Positions 39,611 to 53,087 of a DNA stretch of 64,000 nucleotides are shown here, in pieces. The DNA lies in assembly GCF_006345805.1 (NCBI RefSeq), contig NC_042997.1, positions 54,684,001 to 54,748,000 on the forward strand. The letters are read 5' to 3'. Below the pieces are notes generated by a model. That model did not search any database. It saw only the letters and a program-made list of their open reading frames with translations, and had not been told where the DNA came from. Source of the stretch: Octopus sinensis (taxonomy: Eukaryota). Each line of letters starts with the position of its first letter. The stretch's first letter is position 1. A program made the translations under genes and the position numbers.

Positions 39611-40864
39611 TTGGGTTGGCAACTAAATTCCCGGCGTTTTTTTTAATTTTGTAATTTCTTGCGTTTTCAAATTTTGGAATTTTTTTTTTTTAAATCATTT
39701 TGGAATCTGTGTTGTTTTTTTTTTTCCATAGTTATTTTTAGTTAATTTTTGTTTATTTTCACATCATTAAATTGTAATGTCAAGTTAAGAAAAACGAGCA
39801 TTTTTGACACGTCCTTCTTTTTGCTTTTAACTAAGCTTCTAAGGCCGCAAAAGCTGCTCATGACATTTGTGCTGTGCATGGAGAAGGTGCCATAGCCGAA
39901 AGAACCGCATGTGATTGGTATGCCAAGTTCAAAAATGGAAATTTTGACCTCAAAGACACACCTCATTCTGGCCATCCGGTTGAGTTTGATGAAGAACAAT
40001 TAAACCAACTTTTGCATGAAAATTCTCGTCAAACGACAAGGGCACAGAAAATGGAATGCTCCAAAACTGCTATACAGAAGTATCTTCACTCAATGGGAAA
40101 GGTTCAGAAGTATAGAGCATGGGTTCTGCAAGCTTTAAGTGACAACAACAAAAATCAATACGCCACAATCTACGCTGGTTTGCTTGCTCGTCGCTGCTTT
40201 GCTTGTTCAACTCATCGACACAAGCAACAATTTCTTTACCGAATCGTTACTGGCCACAAAAAATGGTGCCTGTACATCAGTATGAAGCAGCGTAAGGAAT
40301 GGCGTGTGAAACAAGATCTTCATCCACGTAAAATGATGTTGTGTGGTGGGACTGGGAAGGGATCATTCATTACGAATTGCTTGAACGGACCAAATGGTCA
40401 ACGTGGAACTCTATGTTCAACAGATGGTACGACTTAACATAGCTATTCAAGAGAAAAGACCTAATTGGCAGCATGGATTTCTTCTGCTGCACGACAACGA
40501 CTGCCCTCATATCGCCAATATGACCAAGGAAGCCATTCAAATGCATGGCTAGGAAGTGCTGCCACACCTGCCGTACTCTCCTGATTTAGCACCAATGGAT
40601 TTCCACCTCTTTCGATCTCTTTCAAATGCTATGCGTGGAGTTTCATACAATACTGATGCAGAATTGAGAGCCTGGTTGGATCAATTTTTCAAGTCGAAAT
40701 CGGGTGATTTCTACCAACAAGGTATTGAAAATCTTGTTGAAAATTGGGAAGAAGTTGTAAACAACAAGGGTGAATACATTATTGATTAATTAGTTGCTAT
40801 TTTTTATTAAATCTTTGAAAAAATTTTAATTTAAAAAACGGCGGGAACTTAGTTGCCAACTGAA
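39611..40864 (+). mobile_element. near full-length inactive mariner (DD34D) element
   Basis: ~30-bp TIRs ttgggttggcaactaaattcccggcg / cggcgggaacttagttgccaactgaa with flanking TA; frameshifted transposase WYAKFKNGNFDLKD..SGHP, WVLQAL, RIVTGHKKW, HDND..H, PYSPDLAPMDFHLF, ENWEEVVNNKGEYIID. Confidence 0.95.
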
Positions 40865-40892
40865 TATATATGCATATATATGTTTATATATG

Positions 40893-40925
<33 letters not shown>

Positions 40926-40954
40926 GTAGATATATATATGTATATATATATGTG

Positions 40955-40985
<31 letters not shown>

Positions 40986-41027
40986 GTGTGTATATATATA
41001 TATATATGTGTGTGTGTATATATGTGA

Positions 41028-41078
<51 letters not shown>

Positions 41079-41090
41079 CACACACACCAC
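40865..41090. repeat. TA/TG microsatellite
   Basis: Directly visible. Confidence 0.95.
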
Positions 41091-42434
41091 TAGCTTACAT
41101 TTTCTTACATAACTTTTGCTTTTTTTTCTCTGAAAAATGCTTTGTGATTTATTCTTCTGTCTTATTTATTTAACATACATTAGCATTTGAATAACACATC
41201 ATTTTGTTAACATTATTCTAATTAGACCAGTTCACTTCAGAATCTTTTGCTTTACGTCTTCTTGGACAGCTTTTTAGTTTGCTGTTTTTCTACTTAGAAA
41301 TTAATTCAAATGAATTGTTTTTATTGATACATTAAAAATTAAGCTTAACCACATTACTTTGTTCTTTATTACTCACCATTATAAGATGTGATAAGCCATT
41401 TGTTTGCCTCTTAGTTTTGATTATATTTTAATATAATTGTTATTGTAATGAAAATTTGTTCATCTCATTAGTTTTATCTTTCATCTTCAGAATAGTTTAC
41501 ATCGTCATGGATGGCAACCTTTGTCAGTTGAAGATTTTGTTTTTACTATTTCATTCTAATAAATCATTGTCTTAATAAGAGAATTCAAAGTTTGTTTCCT
41601 AAGCCTCAAATCTAATACTTAACTAAACTGCTATGCTCATCTCGGAGACTTGTTACCTAGGAGAGTGCTATTGGTTTAAGATTAAGGTATCATAACTTGT
41701 GTTTGAAAGAAATAAACTTCTTAAAATTAAATATCATGTTTCCATTGTATAAGTATCGTGACCAAATTAAATATTAGTATTTAAGTTCAAGTCGTGAAAG
41801 TTTCTAACATTAGTTATAAGTTTATTCCTTTTAGTTGTACTATGAATATAACTTTTATTCTTTTCCAATCCAAATCAGCTAAGATGAAGTTAGATGCTAC
41901 TATTAGCTCCCACTTTGGTGATTAATACAAATGGCTTGTTAGAGGTTTGAATTTACAATCTTGCTACAGCTTATTAAGTGACTTCTTATCCTATTTGAAA
42001 CCATGTTGTTAGTACTAACTTGCTATCTTATTTCATATTGCTTCTTTAATTTAAGTGTCATACTTCTGGCTATCTAATAGCTTATTAATGGATAATTGCA
42101 GATCTGTTGACTGTGTCATCATGGTCTAAATAATGCCATAATTTTCAAGATGCATTGGTTTGCCAATATATGACAATTATATGATCCAATTCTTCATTTT
42201 CCTTCATATTTTCATGAATTGAAAAGCTGGATTCTTTAAAATTTTACAGCAATATAAAGTCTGATGCTAAAAGTGCTTGAAGTTTATTTGTTGAAAATAA
42301 TTGGATGTATCTACAAGATTTTCATTCTATTCTTGTTCAGAGAACTTGTGTTGGCTGTAATCAAAAACTGAATTAAATTTTATTGAAGAGGTGAAGCTAA
42401 ACCTTTGTTAAACTTTTGTATTTTGTTTTAATTA

Positions 42435-42660
42435 TTTACTGGCATGAAGGCAATGAACTGGTAGAATACTTAGGGAATCCATCAAAATGTTTCTCTTTAT
42501 TTCTTCTGACTCATTCTGTTCCGAGCACAAGTTCCACCAAGCTCAACTTTGCTTTTCATCCCTTCAGGGTCGATAAGTACCATTTAAGCACAGGGGTCAA
42601 TGTAATTAACAACCCCGCTCCTTCCAAAATTACTAGTCTTGTGCTAAAATTAGAAAGAAT
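42435..42660 (+). mobile_element. tRNA-derived SINE with ctttgcctttcatcc...gggtcgataa...gtacc body
   Basis: Same body as copies at 56650-57620 and 58665-58940; minus copies at about 30380-30590 and 61560-61720. Confidence 0.7.
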
Positions 42661-44078
42661 TATTTACTGGTCTTGATTTTTGAAACACTTTCATTTTGTT
42701 TGGCTCAGTAGATTTAACTTTTATTATATCTCCCTTGAGCAACCCAGTCAGCAGTAAGCATTTTCTGTCTATAATAACTGCATGCTATAGAAGATAGCTA
42801 AATTTACATACTGAGTCTTCATCAAAAAAGAATTCTATTTGGCAAATTCTTGCACTTCATGTACTTTTTCCTTTTCTATTTGACTGAGTAGTTAGTGTTT
42901 CTATTTAGGGTATTAATTATAGAGTAACGAGTCCTTCTACTTGATTATTTTCTACCTCATAACCACAATAGTATTTATGTTGGTGTGGTTTGTGTTGCAG
43001 ATGACATTTAGTAATGTTTTCTTCTTCTGCCTTGCTCTTTGAACCAAGACCAGCTTTTGTGGCATGTGTCTAACATCTAACTTTCTATGCTGATGTACCC
43101 CAAAAATCATACTCATTAACTAATTATCAAACTGTTGACATTTTATGGAATTCAGCCTTGTTCAAGTTTTCTCATTTATGACCCAGTCTAAGCTTGATTT
43201 CTCATTTGCTTTCAAACATTCATAATATAACTCTTTTTTTTTCTTATGATGCAGTACAAAAAGGGACTATTTGCCATTGTTTTTCTTTATCTTAACATTA
43301 AAATACACCACTTTGAAGCTATAGCTTTATTATTCTTTTGTGGCTTTATTTTCATAAATATGTAGTTACAAACCTGATTCAGTCATTGAACTCTTTAGGA
43401 TATTTGAGGCTGTTATGTTGCCTAAAATGCATTCAGTAATTGAGTGGAATTGGTCATACCATCTATGAAAAATCTCTTTTAAATAATTTTAAAGAATATT
43501 TTCTTAAATGATATACATTGTTCAAACTGAATGTAGACCAACTGGAAATTCCCATTACATTTCCTTTTAGTGCTTGTTGATATGCTTTGGTTTTATTTTA
43601 GATATATTGGAATAAAAAGTGAAGTTTTTATTAATTTTATCATTTGATTATGCATATAAGATTTCAAAAAATGTCTTTTCTATGAACTGAAAGAGATAAC
43701 TTTTCTTTTCTAAGGTTATCTGGGTCCCCTTAGTAATCTTGCTGAAGACTTAACTGTGTTTTTAGCACTGGTTTTACAAGAAAATGTACCTAGAGTGTTC
43801 TCTAAAGTGAGTGTCTAGCCATAAAGTTATGGTAAAATGGCACATATAAGCACCTGATTATGAGAGCAGTGGCTACCAATAAGAAATGACTTGAATATTA
43901 CGATGACCCACCCAACTCATGGAGGGCATAGAGAGCAAACACAAAAATGATGATAATTCTTTCTTCACTGTGGTATTGGACAAGTTTTAAAAGTTTAACA
44001 CTGTCTAAGGTTTTATTAAGCATAAGTTTATCTTTGGAAGTTTATTGACTAAACTTCTTCCTGTAGTGTAGTAGAAAA

Positions 44079-44083
<5 letters not shown>

Positions 44084-44175
<92 letters not shown>
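44084..44175. repeat. (TA)n(AG)n(CAGA)n microsatellite
   Basis: Directly visible. Confidence 0.95.
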
Positions 44176-44559
44176 TAAACAAAATGAAAAGAATTAACTG
44201 TTTGATAATTTAGTTTATGAGTATGGTATTTTTGAAAGAAACAAAAACCTGGTTTGTTTGGTAATTTTGGTCATTATCAGTGTTACTCTAAATAATAAAA
44301 CAATGGCTTCTTGCATAAGAAGGCCATACATTTGGAGAGGAGTAATTGATTTAAACAACTCAAGCACTTGACTAGTACCTAATTTTGTTGACTCTGGAAT
44401 GATAAATGGCCTAAATGGCAGTTAAACTTAAAACCTCATAGAATGTAAGTAAATACTGTTTTTTTTCTCTCTTTTCTGATGGTGCTATTATAAAGCCTTG
44501 GTTATACATTTATCTACCTGTCTGTTTGTCTGTCTCTATATATGTGTGTGTGTGTGAGT

Positions 44560-45150
44560 GTGAAAGAGAGAAGACTGTGCTGGTTTGGTCATGTGATGCA
44601 TATGCATGAGGACAACTGCATAAAGAAGTACTGAGCTGTAATTGTGGAGGGAACTCGTGGCAGGAGTAGACCCAAGAAGACATGGGATTAAGTGGTGAGG
44701 AAGGATTTTCAGATCCTGGGCCTCATTTAGGAAATGACAAGGGACTGGTAAGTGTGGTGATTTGCTATACTTGATAAGAGCCATCAAGCTAAGTAAAATC
44801 ACTGTCTTCCACACATACAGGCTTATCCTTTCAGGTGCTGGTGCCACATAAAAATCCCTTGTGCTGGTATCACGTAAATGCACCCATGCTGGTAATGTGT
44901 AAATGCACCCATGCCAGTGCTGTGTAAATGCACTCATGCTGGTGCTGCATAAGCGCATCCATGCCAATGGCATGTAAAAAGAACCCGGCACACTCTGTTC
45001 AGTGGTTGGTGTTAGGAGGACATCCAGCTGTATAAACCATGCCACAACAGATAATTGGAGTTTGGACATCTCCCAGCTGACCAGCTCCATGTCAAACTGT
45101 CCAACCCATGCCAGCATGGAAAGCAGATGTTAAATGATGATGATGATGAT
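44560..45150 (+). mobile_element. RTE LINE 3' end (RT C-terminus, UTR, tail)
   Basis: ERRLCWFGHVMHMHEDNCIKKY*AVIVEGTRGRSRPKKTWD; ends gttaaatgatgatgatgatgat. Confidence 0.9.
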
Positions 45151-46418
45151 ACAAATGCATGTATGTGTTTTATGTGTTTCAGTCATTGGGCTGTGGCTAT
45201 GCTGGGGCATTGAAGGGTTAAGTTGAACAAATCATTCTCAGTACTCCCTTTTTTATATATTTCCTAAAAGTATTTGTTCCATTGGTCCGGTTTATCAAAC
45301 TGATAAGCTACAGGGACATAAGTAAATCAACACCAGTGGTCAAGTGGTTGAGCAGGGACAAATATAAACACTAAGACACATACATACTTACACACACATG
45401 CATATATATAAATTGATTGACAAGGGAACAGTAATTACATAATCAACTTCATTAACTTACAAATATTTCAGCTATATACGATGTGCACTCAGAGGTGAGT
45501 GCTTGTGCATCATCTTATAGCTATGCCAGAGCCTTTAAAATGAAGTATATGTCTATTTTGGAAAGCACTTAGATACTTAAAAAAGTTAATCTTTGCTTAA
45601 CACTTCATTCTAGAGTACCTGTATATTGAATTCTAACAGTAGGTTATTGGTATTGTTATGCTTAAGTAAAAAATATTAAGATGTATATATCTCATCATTA
45701 TCATTTAACATTCATTTTCCGCGCGCGCGCGCGCATACATATATAATCATTATTTAACATTCATGTCTTTTGCTGGCATAGTTTGGATGGTTTGACAGGA
45801 TTGGGTGTTTGACAGAACTGCCTTGCACTCCAATGTCTGTTTTGACATAGCTTCTATGGGTGGATGCCTCTTGTAAAAAAAAACCCCACTTAACAGCATA
45901 GGGTGATTTTTGGTTTCCCTATTCTTTGTGCCACATGCACTATTGAGTTTGCCATTCAGATTGAAGAGCTAGAAACCTTGTTCAATTTCATGCTTGTTGA
46001 TGAGGGAATTTAACTGTGCGAAGGAGGGAGCAGTGCAGGTTCTTGTAGAGGATCTGCATGACTATTCACATCTAGTAGGGGAAAAGAGAAGAGAAAATGA
46101 ACAGTAGGAACTGCAAGAGATAGATAATGGTAATAAGGTGCCTAGTTGGCTCCACAAGACACAAAAGGAATTGATGAATTGGTTTGCAAGTTTGTATGAG
46201 AAGGAGAATGAAGGAATGGGGGTGCTTGACAACCATTGTTGGGGTGTTTACGTCCTTGTAACCTAGCAGTTTGGCAAAAGAAACTGATAGAATAAGTGTC
46301 AGGCTTACAAAGAATAAGTCCTAGGGTCGATTTGTATGACTAAAGGCAGTGCTCCAGCATGACCATAGTCAAATGACTGAAGCAAGCAAAAGAATAAAAG
46401 AATACATACATGCATTCA

Positions 46419-47136
46419 TAGGGTGCATCCGGTTTTTGAGATCATTTGTATGAATTTAGAAAAAGACAAATTGGTTCAAATCATTTTGAGAATCCTTTTA
46501 TCCCACCTTAAAGGGGGAGGCATGATATCTTCTATGTTACTGATGACTCTCAGAACCATCATAGCAGCTGATTAGTTTGCATGACTGTTGGAACTCCCTT
46601 TCTGGTCACTGCATAACTATCTGTTGCTCCTTCAATTTGCTGTTTTGTCTTGATTAAAGTTTCTCTCCTTGGAAGAAAAAAAAAAGCAAAACATTCCAGC
46701 TTCTTGGTGTTTCAACTTGTTTAGCAAGCGCTTTGCACAGATCAAACAATTCTCTTTTGTCACATCTGATATAAACTGGCCCCTCCACATTATATTTAAC
46801 TTGTATGAGATGTCATCATGCACAATTCTTCTGATAGTGAATTCTGAAACATTTAGGTCCTTTGCAATGGCTCTGATTGACTTTCCAGGGCTTTTATTAA
46901 TTATTCCTTGAATTTGCTGTACAAAAGTTATGTGTTCTAATGGTATTTGGGTTCTGTGCATGCATTTTGCATTTAGCTGCTGATATTGGAGCCCCATCAG
47001 CAGCTTCCAGCTCCTTTCAAAACTGTGACAACAAAGGTTTGGGAAACTTTCAGGAAGTGAGCTATCTCTGTATCACTATGTTGTGCTTTTACAGCAATAA
47101 TTATAGTGTGCCTTTTCATTTGCTGAGTCACCCTAA
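46419..47136 (-). mobile_element. maT-type (DD37D family) deleted transposon, N-terminal HTH region
   Basis: FVQQIQGIINKSPGKSIRAIAKDLNVSEFTIRRIVHDDISYK...RGQF...KRLLNKLKH; ends tagggtgc... and ...gtcacccta. Confidence 0.8.
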
Positions 47137-47214
47137 TGTCAGACATTATTTATCTGAAAAGTAAGATTTTGAAAAATTAGAAGAAAGTTAGAACTCTTGA
47201 AAGAGGTGTCCTCA

Positions 47215-47650
47215 AAAAACCTGATGTGCTGGTGCCACATAAAAAGCACTAGTGTGACATAAAAAGCTCTGGTGCTGGTGCCACATGAAAAGCACTGGTG
47301 CTGGAGCAATATAAAAATCACTTGTGTTGATGTTACATAAAAAGCACTGGTAATGGTCCCGCGTAAAAAGCACTGGTAATGGTCCCGCGTAAAAAGCTGG
47401 TGATGGTGCCATGTAAAAAAGCATTGGTGCTGGTGTCACATAAAAAGCACTGGTGATGGTGCCACATAAAAAAAAAAACACTGGTGATGGAACCATGTAA
47501 GAAGCACCCAGTATTCTGTTAAGTGATTGACATTAGGAAGGGCATCCAGCTGTAAGAACCAAGCCAAAGCTCTATGGAACCTAGTGTGGACCCTGGTCTT
47601 CCCAACTACTATCAAACCATCCAACCCATGCCAGCATGGAAAATGAACTT
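47215..47650 (+). mobile_element. RTE-type tail with expanded ~26-bp VNTR
   Basis: About 10 units of gcactggtgctggtgccacataaaaa before the ttaggaagggcatccagctgt...acccatgccagcatggaaaa end. Confidence 0.85.
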
Positions 47651-47940
47651 CCACTTTCCATGCTGGCATGGGTGGGATAGTTTGACAAGAGCTGGCCAGG
47701 CAGAAGCCTGCACCAGACTTCTGTAACTGTTTTGTCAGGATTTTTACAGCTGGGTGCCCTTCCTAACAGCAACCACTGAGCAGAGTAGACTTAAAGCTTT
47801 TTACATGGCCCAAGCACAGGTGAGGTCAGTTTTTGCGAGGATTTTTACAGCTGGATGCCCTTCCAAATGCCAGCTACTTTACAGTGTGGACTGGATGCTT
47901 TTAAGTGGCACCTGCACTGACAGGGTCATCAAGTACTTGC
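47651..47940 (-). mobile_element. RTE-type tail, inverted and abutting the previous copy
   Basis: tttccatgctggcatgggtggg...ggatttttacagctgggtgcccttcctaac, with an internal repeat of the gatttttacagctggatgcccttcc block. Confidence 0.85.
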
Positions 47941-47942
47941 AA

Positions 47943-48013
<71 letters not shown>

Positions 48014-48231
48014 GATATAAAGTAAATTTCTTCTGATTCACCAAATCATTGGGTGTGTCATTGTATAGTGTGCATTGAAGTAATAGTTGACAAATGTTTT
48101 CTTCCCATCTTCAATGCCTACTGTAATACATAAGTTGTATAACTAAAAAGTGTTCAAATAGTTTTCTAAAATAGATATATAATGGCATTTCAGTGCCCCA
48201 GTGAAATTTCATTGTTTCTGTGATCTTACAG

Positions 48232-48267
48232 GAATTATTATTTAAAGCAACTAAAACTGTATTTCAA
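48232..48267 (+). CDS. candidate 36-bp phase 0-0 exon ELLFKATKTVFQ
   Basis: Strong acceptor tttcattgtttctgtgatcttacag and donor CAA|gtaagt. Confidence 0.4.
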
Positions 48268-51200
48268 GTAAGTATCTATGATGTCAAACCTTTAAGACTC
48301 CTGATCAGAAATGCTAGTATTCTTCTGAAAAACTACATTATTTTAAAACTTTCTCTTTCTATTAAGTTTCCATACCTGTTTTCAGCACTTAAATTAAGTG
48401 TTCTATTAAATAAATAAATAAATTACAGTCAAGTAACTTTTTCCAAGCATGAATTTTTTAATAGATAAGTTCCTGTTGTAATTGTTTTTTATTGCTTTTA
48501 TTCTCTGATATGTTGGATACATATGGCTTAGGTTAGATTATTTAGTGCCTCACAAGTTTTTTGTATGAGAAGTCTTCCTTCAAACCTCTGCCATTACAAT
48601 CTGGAACTATATCTTATATACTAGTATTTATATATTGGATCTGAGTCTTTAGCTATTCCTCTTAGATGCATAAATGTGTTTTTTATGCCTTTTCAGAATC
48701 TCGGTATTTTGTTTTTCTCAACGGTTCTGTATTTTCTTGTGGAGTGCATTAAATTCTAACCTAAGCAAATAATTGTAGTTTATTTGTAATGGGTTCAATC
48801 TAAGTTATTAATACATCCAACCAACATTACAATCAACACTTTCAACTAAACATGTAATTACTAGTTAGTTGTAATAATTGTGTTTGAGTCTGTAACTTTA
48901 CTGTCTTTTCATTACTCTTTGTATACTTTAAGTCACTACTATGTAATTAATTCACCCATGAGAATGAAGTAGCTGGACTCTTAAACTGTTCTCTGAAAAC
49001 TATACGCTAAATGTTCCAAATGCACCAAAAGAGTAGATAATGCTGCATTCTGTGTAGAATTCATTTCTTAGACACCAAAACCTAAATAACCTCAGTAATC
49101 TAAATGGCTGAATCAATGCATTGAAAACTAGTGACAGGAGAATAATATTGGAAGAAGTTACCTGTCTGGAGGTGTTTCACTCTGTCTTTGAACAATAAAT
49201 TTAATTTTATGTTGCCGAGTAAGAGAATAAGATTTTCAAAGGCTATTCTTAGAGGGGTATCTGCAGTGGAGTGGCATCCTCTCCAGGGAAATATTTACTT
49301 CTCATTTACTTAACACTTGAGAAACTAAGATTAAACATTAGCTCTATTAATCTTTTGGGTTTGTAAGAAATTTTTTTATTTACAATTCCATTAAGAGATT
49401 TTAGTTCATAGAGAATAAAGGTTATATGAAATATCATGAGTTTTATATCTAATGGCAAGACTTGAAGAGTTGAAAGGGAAAGCATCTGATGAAAATATCT
49501 CTGATCTGTGTGTGATTTCAGAAGTTATCTCAGCTTATTCCAAATCAGACAGTGCTGTTTGCAAAATAAATTGGTAAATGGGTAAATTTAAAATGAATGA
49601 AAACTTGATAAATATATCATATTATAATGATTACTAAAATAGAGGTAAATCAAAATAAACAAGAAATAGTAGTGTAAAGGCTAAAGTAGAATTTGGAACT
49701 GAAAGAAAAGAAAATATTTTTAGCAATTTCATTCAACCCATAACTTACATACATACATGTGCCCATGCATATATATGCACATACAAACACATGTATATAC
49801 ATGTGTGCACACCTGTCTGTCTGTACATAGTGATTCAAAAGTCCCTTTAGGGTTACTACAAACCAACTAACAAGGGAGGTTAGTCAAGATAATTGAGCAT
49901 AATTTGTCTCATTTTCTCTATTTCTCTCATATGCCTTTCATTTTCTCATTACGTCCTTCTTGTTTCCCGATTGTGTTCATTAATGCCCTCAACCCCAGTC
50001 CTTTCATTAATTGCCATAGCTCATGGATTCCAGGATATTTGGTCTACTGCTGCCCTGCTTTTCATACAGTCAGTTGTCCAAACCATCTAGGAGGGCTGAG
50101 CTAAGTATGGCTGGATAATTGAACCGGATTACCATTATTGAACATCATTTTTAGGAAAACTGAGTATTCACTCATCTTTTTGTAATGATATTTTTCTAAA
50201 ATGTATAGAGTAAAATATATAATGGAAGATATTCACAACAAAACAACAAAGAGAATATCAAAAATATGTATAAAAAATGTAACAAAATAAAAATCAAATT
50301 TTACATATCATTTAAATGTTCAAATGACTTCTAAATCTTCCAGTATGTGTGTGCACATATATGTGTAGCTTGTGTATATATGAGTGTATTATTCTCTTAT
50401 TTGTTTACTTGTGTCAGTCATTTTGACTGTGGCCATGCTGGAGCACCACCTTAAAGGGTTTTTTTAGTCAAAGAAATCAACCCCAGGACTTATTCTTTGT
50501 AAGCCTAAGACTTATTCTATCAGATCTCTTTTGCCATGCCATGAAGTTATGTGGACGTAAACACATCAACATCGATTGTCAAGCAATGGTGGGGGAGACA
50601 AACACAGATGTAAGCGCACGCACACACATGTATATATACACATTGGGCTTCTTTCAGCTCGAGGCTATAGTAGAAGACACTTGCCCAAGATACCATGCAG
50701 TGAGACTGAACCTGGAACTATGTGGTTGGGAAGCAAGCTTCTTACATACAGCCATGCCTGCACCTATATACATGTTTATTTATGTGTGTGTGTGTATATG
50801 TATATGAACCGTCCAACCCATGCTAGCATGGAAAGCGGACGTTAAACGATGATGATGATGATGATATATATTTGTATATCACAATCAAGATCATCATTTT
50901 AACATCCACTTTTTCATGCTTGCAGGAGTAGGACAGAATTTGTTAAGGCAGATCTTCTATGGCTGGATGTCTTTCTGTTGTCAACCCTCACTTGTTTCCA
51001 AATAGATAATATTTGCTTATAGCCAGCCATAATTTGCTTTTCATAGAAGATTGGAAATGAAGAACACTGCTTGACATCATGTGATGTCAAGACATTTATG
51101 TATACTTGTATATATACATTTGTATGTGAGTGTGTGTATGTATATATGTGTGTACTGTGAGTGTGTGTATGTGTATGTATATATGTACTGTAAGTGTGTG

Positions 51201-51769
51201 TACGTATATGTGTGTGAGTATATGTAAGTATGTATGTATAGGCACAGGCATGGTCGTGTGATTAAGAAGTTCGCTTCCAGTGGTGTAGTGTTGGGTTTTG
51301 TCCCACTGCATGGTACCTCGGGCAAGTGTCTTCTACTATAGCCCTTGGCCAACCAAAGCCTGGTGAGTAGATTTGGTAGATGGAAGCTGAATGAAGCCTG
51401 TTGAATGTGTGTGTGTGATTATCTAGCAATAGGAAAATATTACCTTGCTTGGAAACAGGTGAAGATTGGCAACAGGTCACAATAAATTCCATCTGACTCA
51501 TGTAGTTGATGATGATGGTGGTGGTGGTGGGATGGATGGTTAGACATGTTCTTACAGAAAAAGAAAAAATTGAATGGCCTGGCTTGTATGACAATCACTC
51601 ATTCATAACTGCACACTATCAAGACAAGGAGGCACAAACACACACACACATGCACGCATATACATCTACATATACAACTGACCTCTTTCAGTTTCTGTCT
51701 TCTAAATCCACTCAAAAGGCTTTGGTCAGACTAGGGTATAACTTGATGTGCAGCTGTATTGATTAACAA

Positions 51770-52250
51770 GTGATAATGAGATCTCCATCCTGTATAGTTA
51801 CCAGCCTACTCTAGGTCAGGCCAAGATGCCCATATCTGTTAGGTCCTTCTCACTAGTCTTCAACCAGATCTTGACAGGTCTACCGTGCTACCAATACCCA
51901 CTTCCTCTGGCTTCCATCTGAATGAGGTTGTCTCTGATCTCTTCATGGGCAGGTGTGGCACATGGCTGAGTATCTTTCACCAACTCATGAAACCATCATA
52001 GGTTAGCCCTTTCCATAACTTCTTCATTTATGTTGGTACACCAAATAATTCTTAGTGTGGCCCTAAGACAATGTCTTTGGAAGACGTCTGAAATTCTTTT
52101 GATTTTGCTAGTATTTTCTATGTCCCACAGGCATAAGAAAGACATCCGGCAATATATCAGTACTAATAGTAGTTAACTGTTGTACAGCTATAGCTTTGCT
52201 GTCAAAAAATTAGTATAAAACCAAGAGAGACGGAAGCTGGTTGCCTTGAA
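51770..52250 (-). mobile_element. decayed RTE-like RT C-terminal fragment (third family)
   Basis: Minus strand, across frameshifts: ACGT*K...IIWCTNINEEVMERANL...RDNLIQ...HGRPVKIWLKTSEKDL. Confidence 0.6.
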
Positions 52251-52809
52251 CATAAATATTTTCAATTAGTGAACTAAAGGGGGAATAACTTTTCTTTTCA
52301 TTTACATCTCATTTGCTTAGGTCTCTGGATGCATTCACACAAGCTTGTATCTATCTACATAGCCACCTAGACACATTCATACATTAACACTTTCATGTTC
52401 TTGGTTGCATCTGTTTGTACAGGTGTGTATGTAAGGCTTTCTCCCACCCATGCCAGCCAGTATGGCAGGTGAACGTTAAACGATGATGATGATATATATA
52501 CCATCATCATCCTTCAATATCTGTTTTCCATGCTGGCATGGGTTGGACTGTTTATATCAACTCCAACCTTGACTGCCATTCAAAGATTGGAAATAGGAAA
52601 CTTGGAGAAGTAGTCATTGAAGTTTTCAACTTAAAGTAAATATGATAAAACTCTGTATGTATCATGTACTCTTTTTCTCTTGTTTGTACAATTCTTTGTG
52701 CCTTAACATACATATATGCACACACACACACTGACAGAGATACTCAGCATCGGCTGGGTGGCAAATATGTAGAAACAAGACACGTATAAGCACTATTCAA
52801 GCGTATCAG

Positions 52810-53087
52810 TTACTAGCGTCGCCTGACTGGCGTCTGTGTCGGTGACACATAAAAGCACCAACCGATCGTGGCCGTTTGCCGGCCTGCGCTGGCTCCTGTG
52901 CTGGTGGCATGTAAAAAACACCCACTACACTCATGGAGTGGTTGGCGTTAGGAAGGGCATCCAGCTGTAGAAACACTGCCAAATCAGACTGGAGCCTGGT
53001 GCAGTCTCCATGGCTTCCCAGACCCCGGTCGAACCGTCCAACCCATGCTAGCATGGAAAACGGACGTTAAATGATGATGATGATGAA
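52810..53087 (+). mobile_element. young RTE-type tail copy
   Basis: ggagtggttggcgttaggaagggcatccagctgtagaaacactgcc...ggacgttaaatgatgatgatgatg. Confidence 0.9.

Noticed and set aside
39874-40789. Intact transposase or SETMAR-like domesticated gene
   Set aside because: Stops and frameshifts, the first catalytic Asp is mutated (IVTGHKKW), the TIRs are still present, and there is no SET exon.
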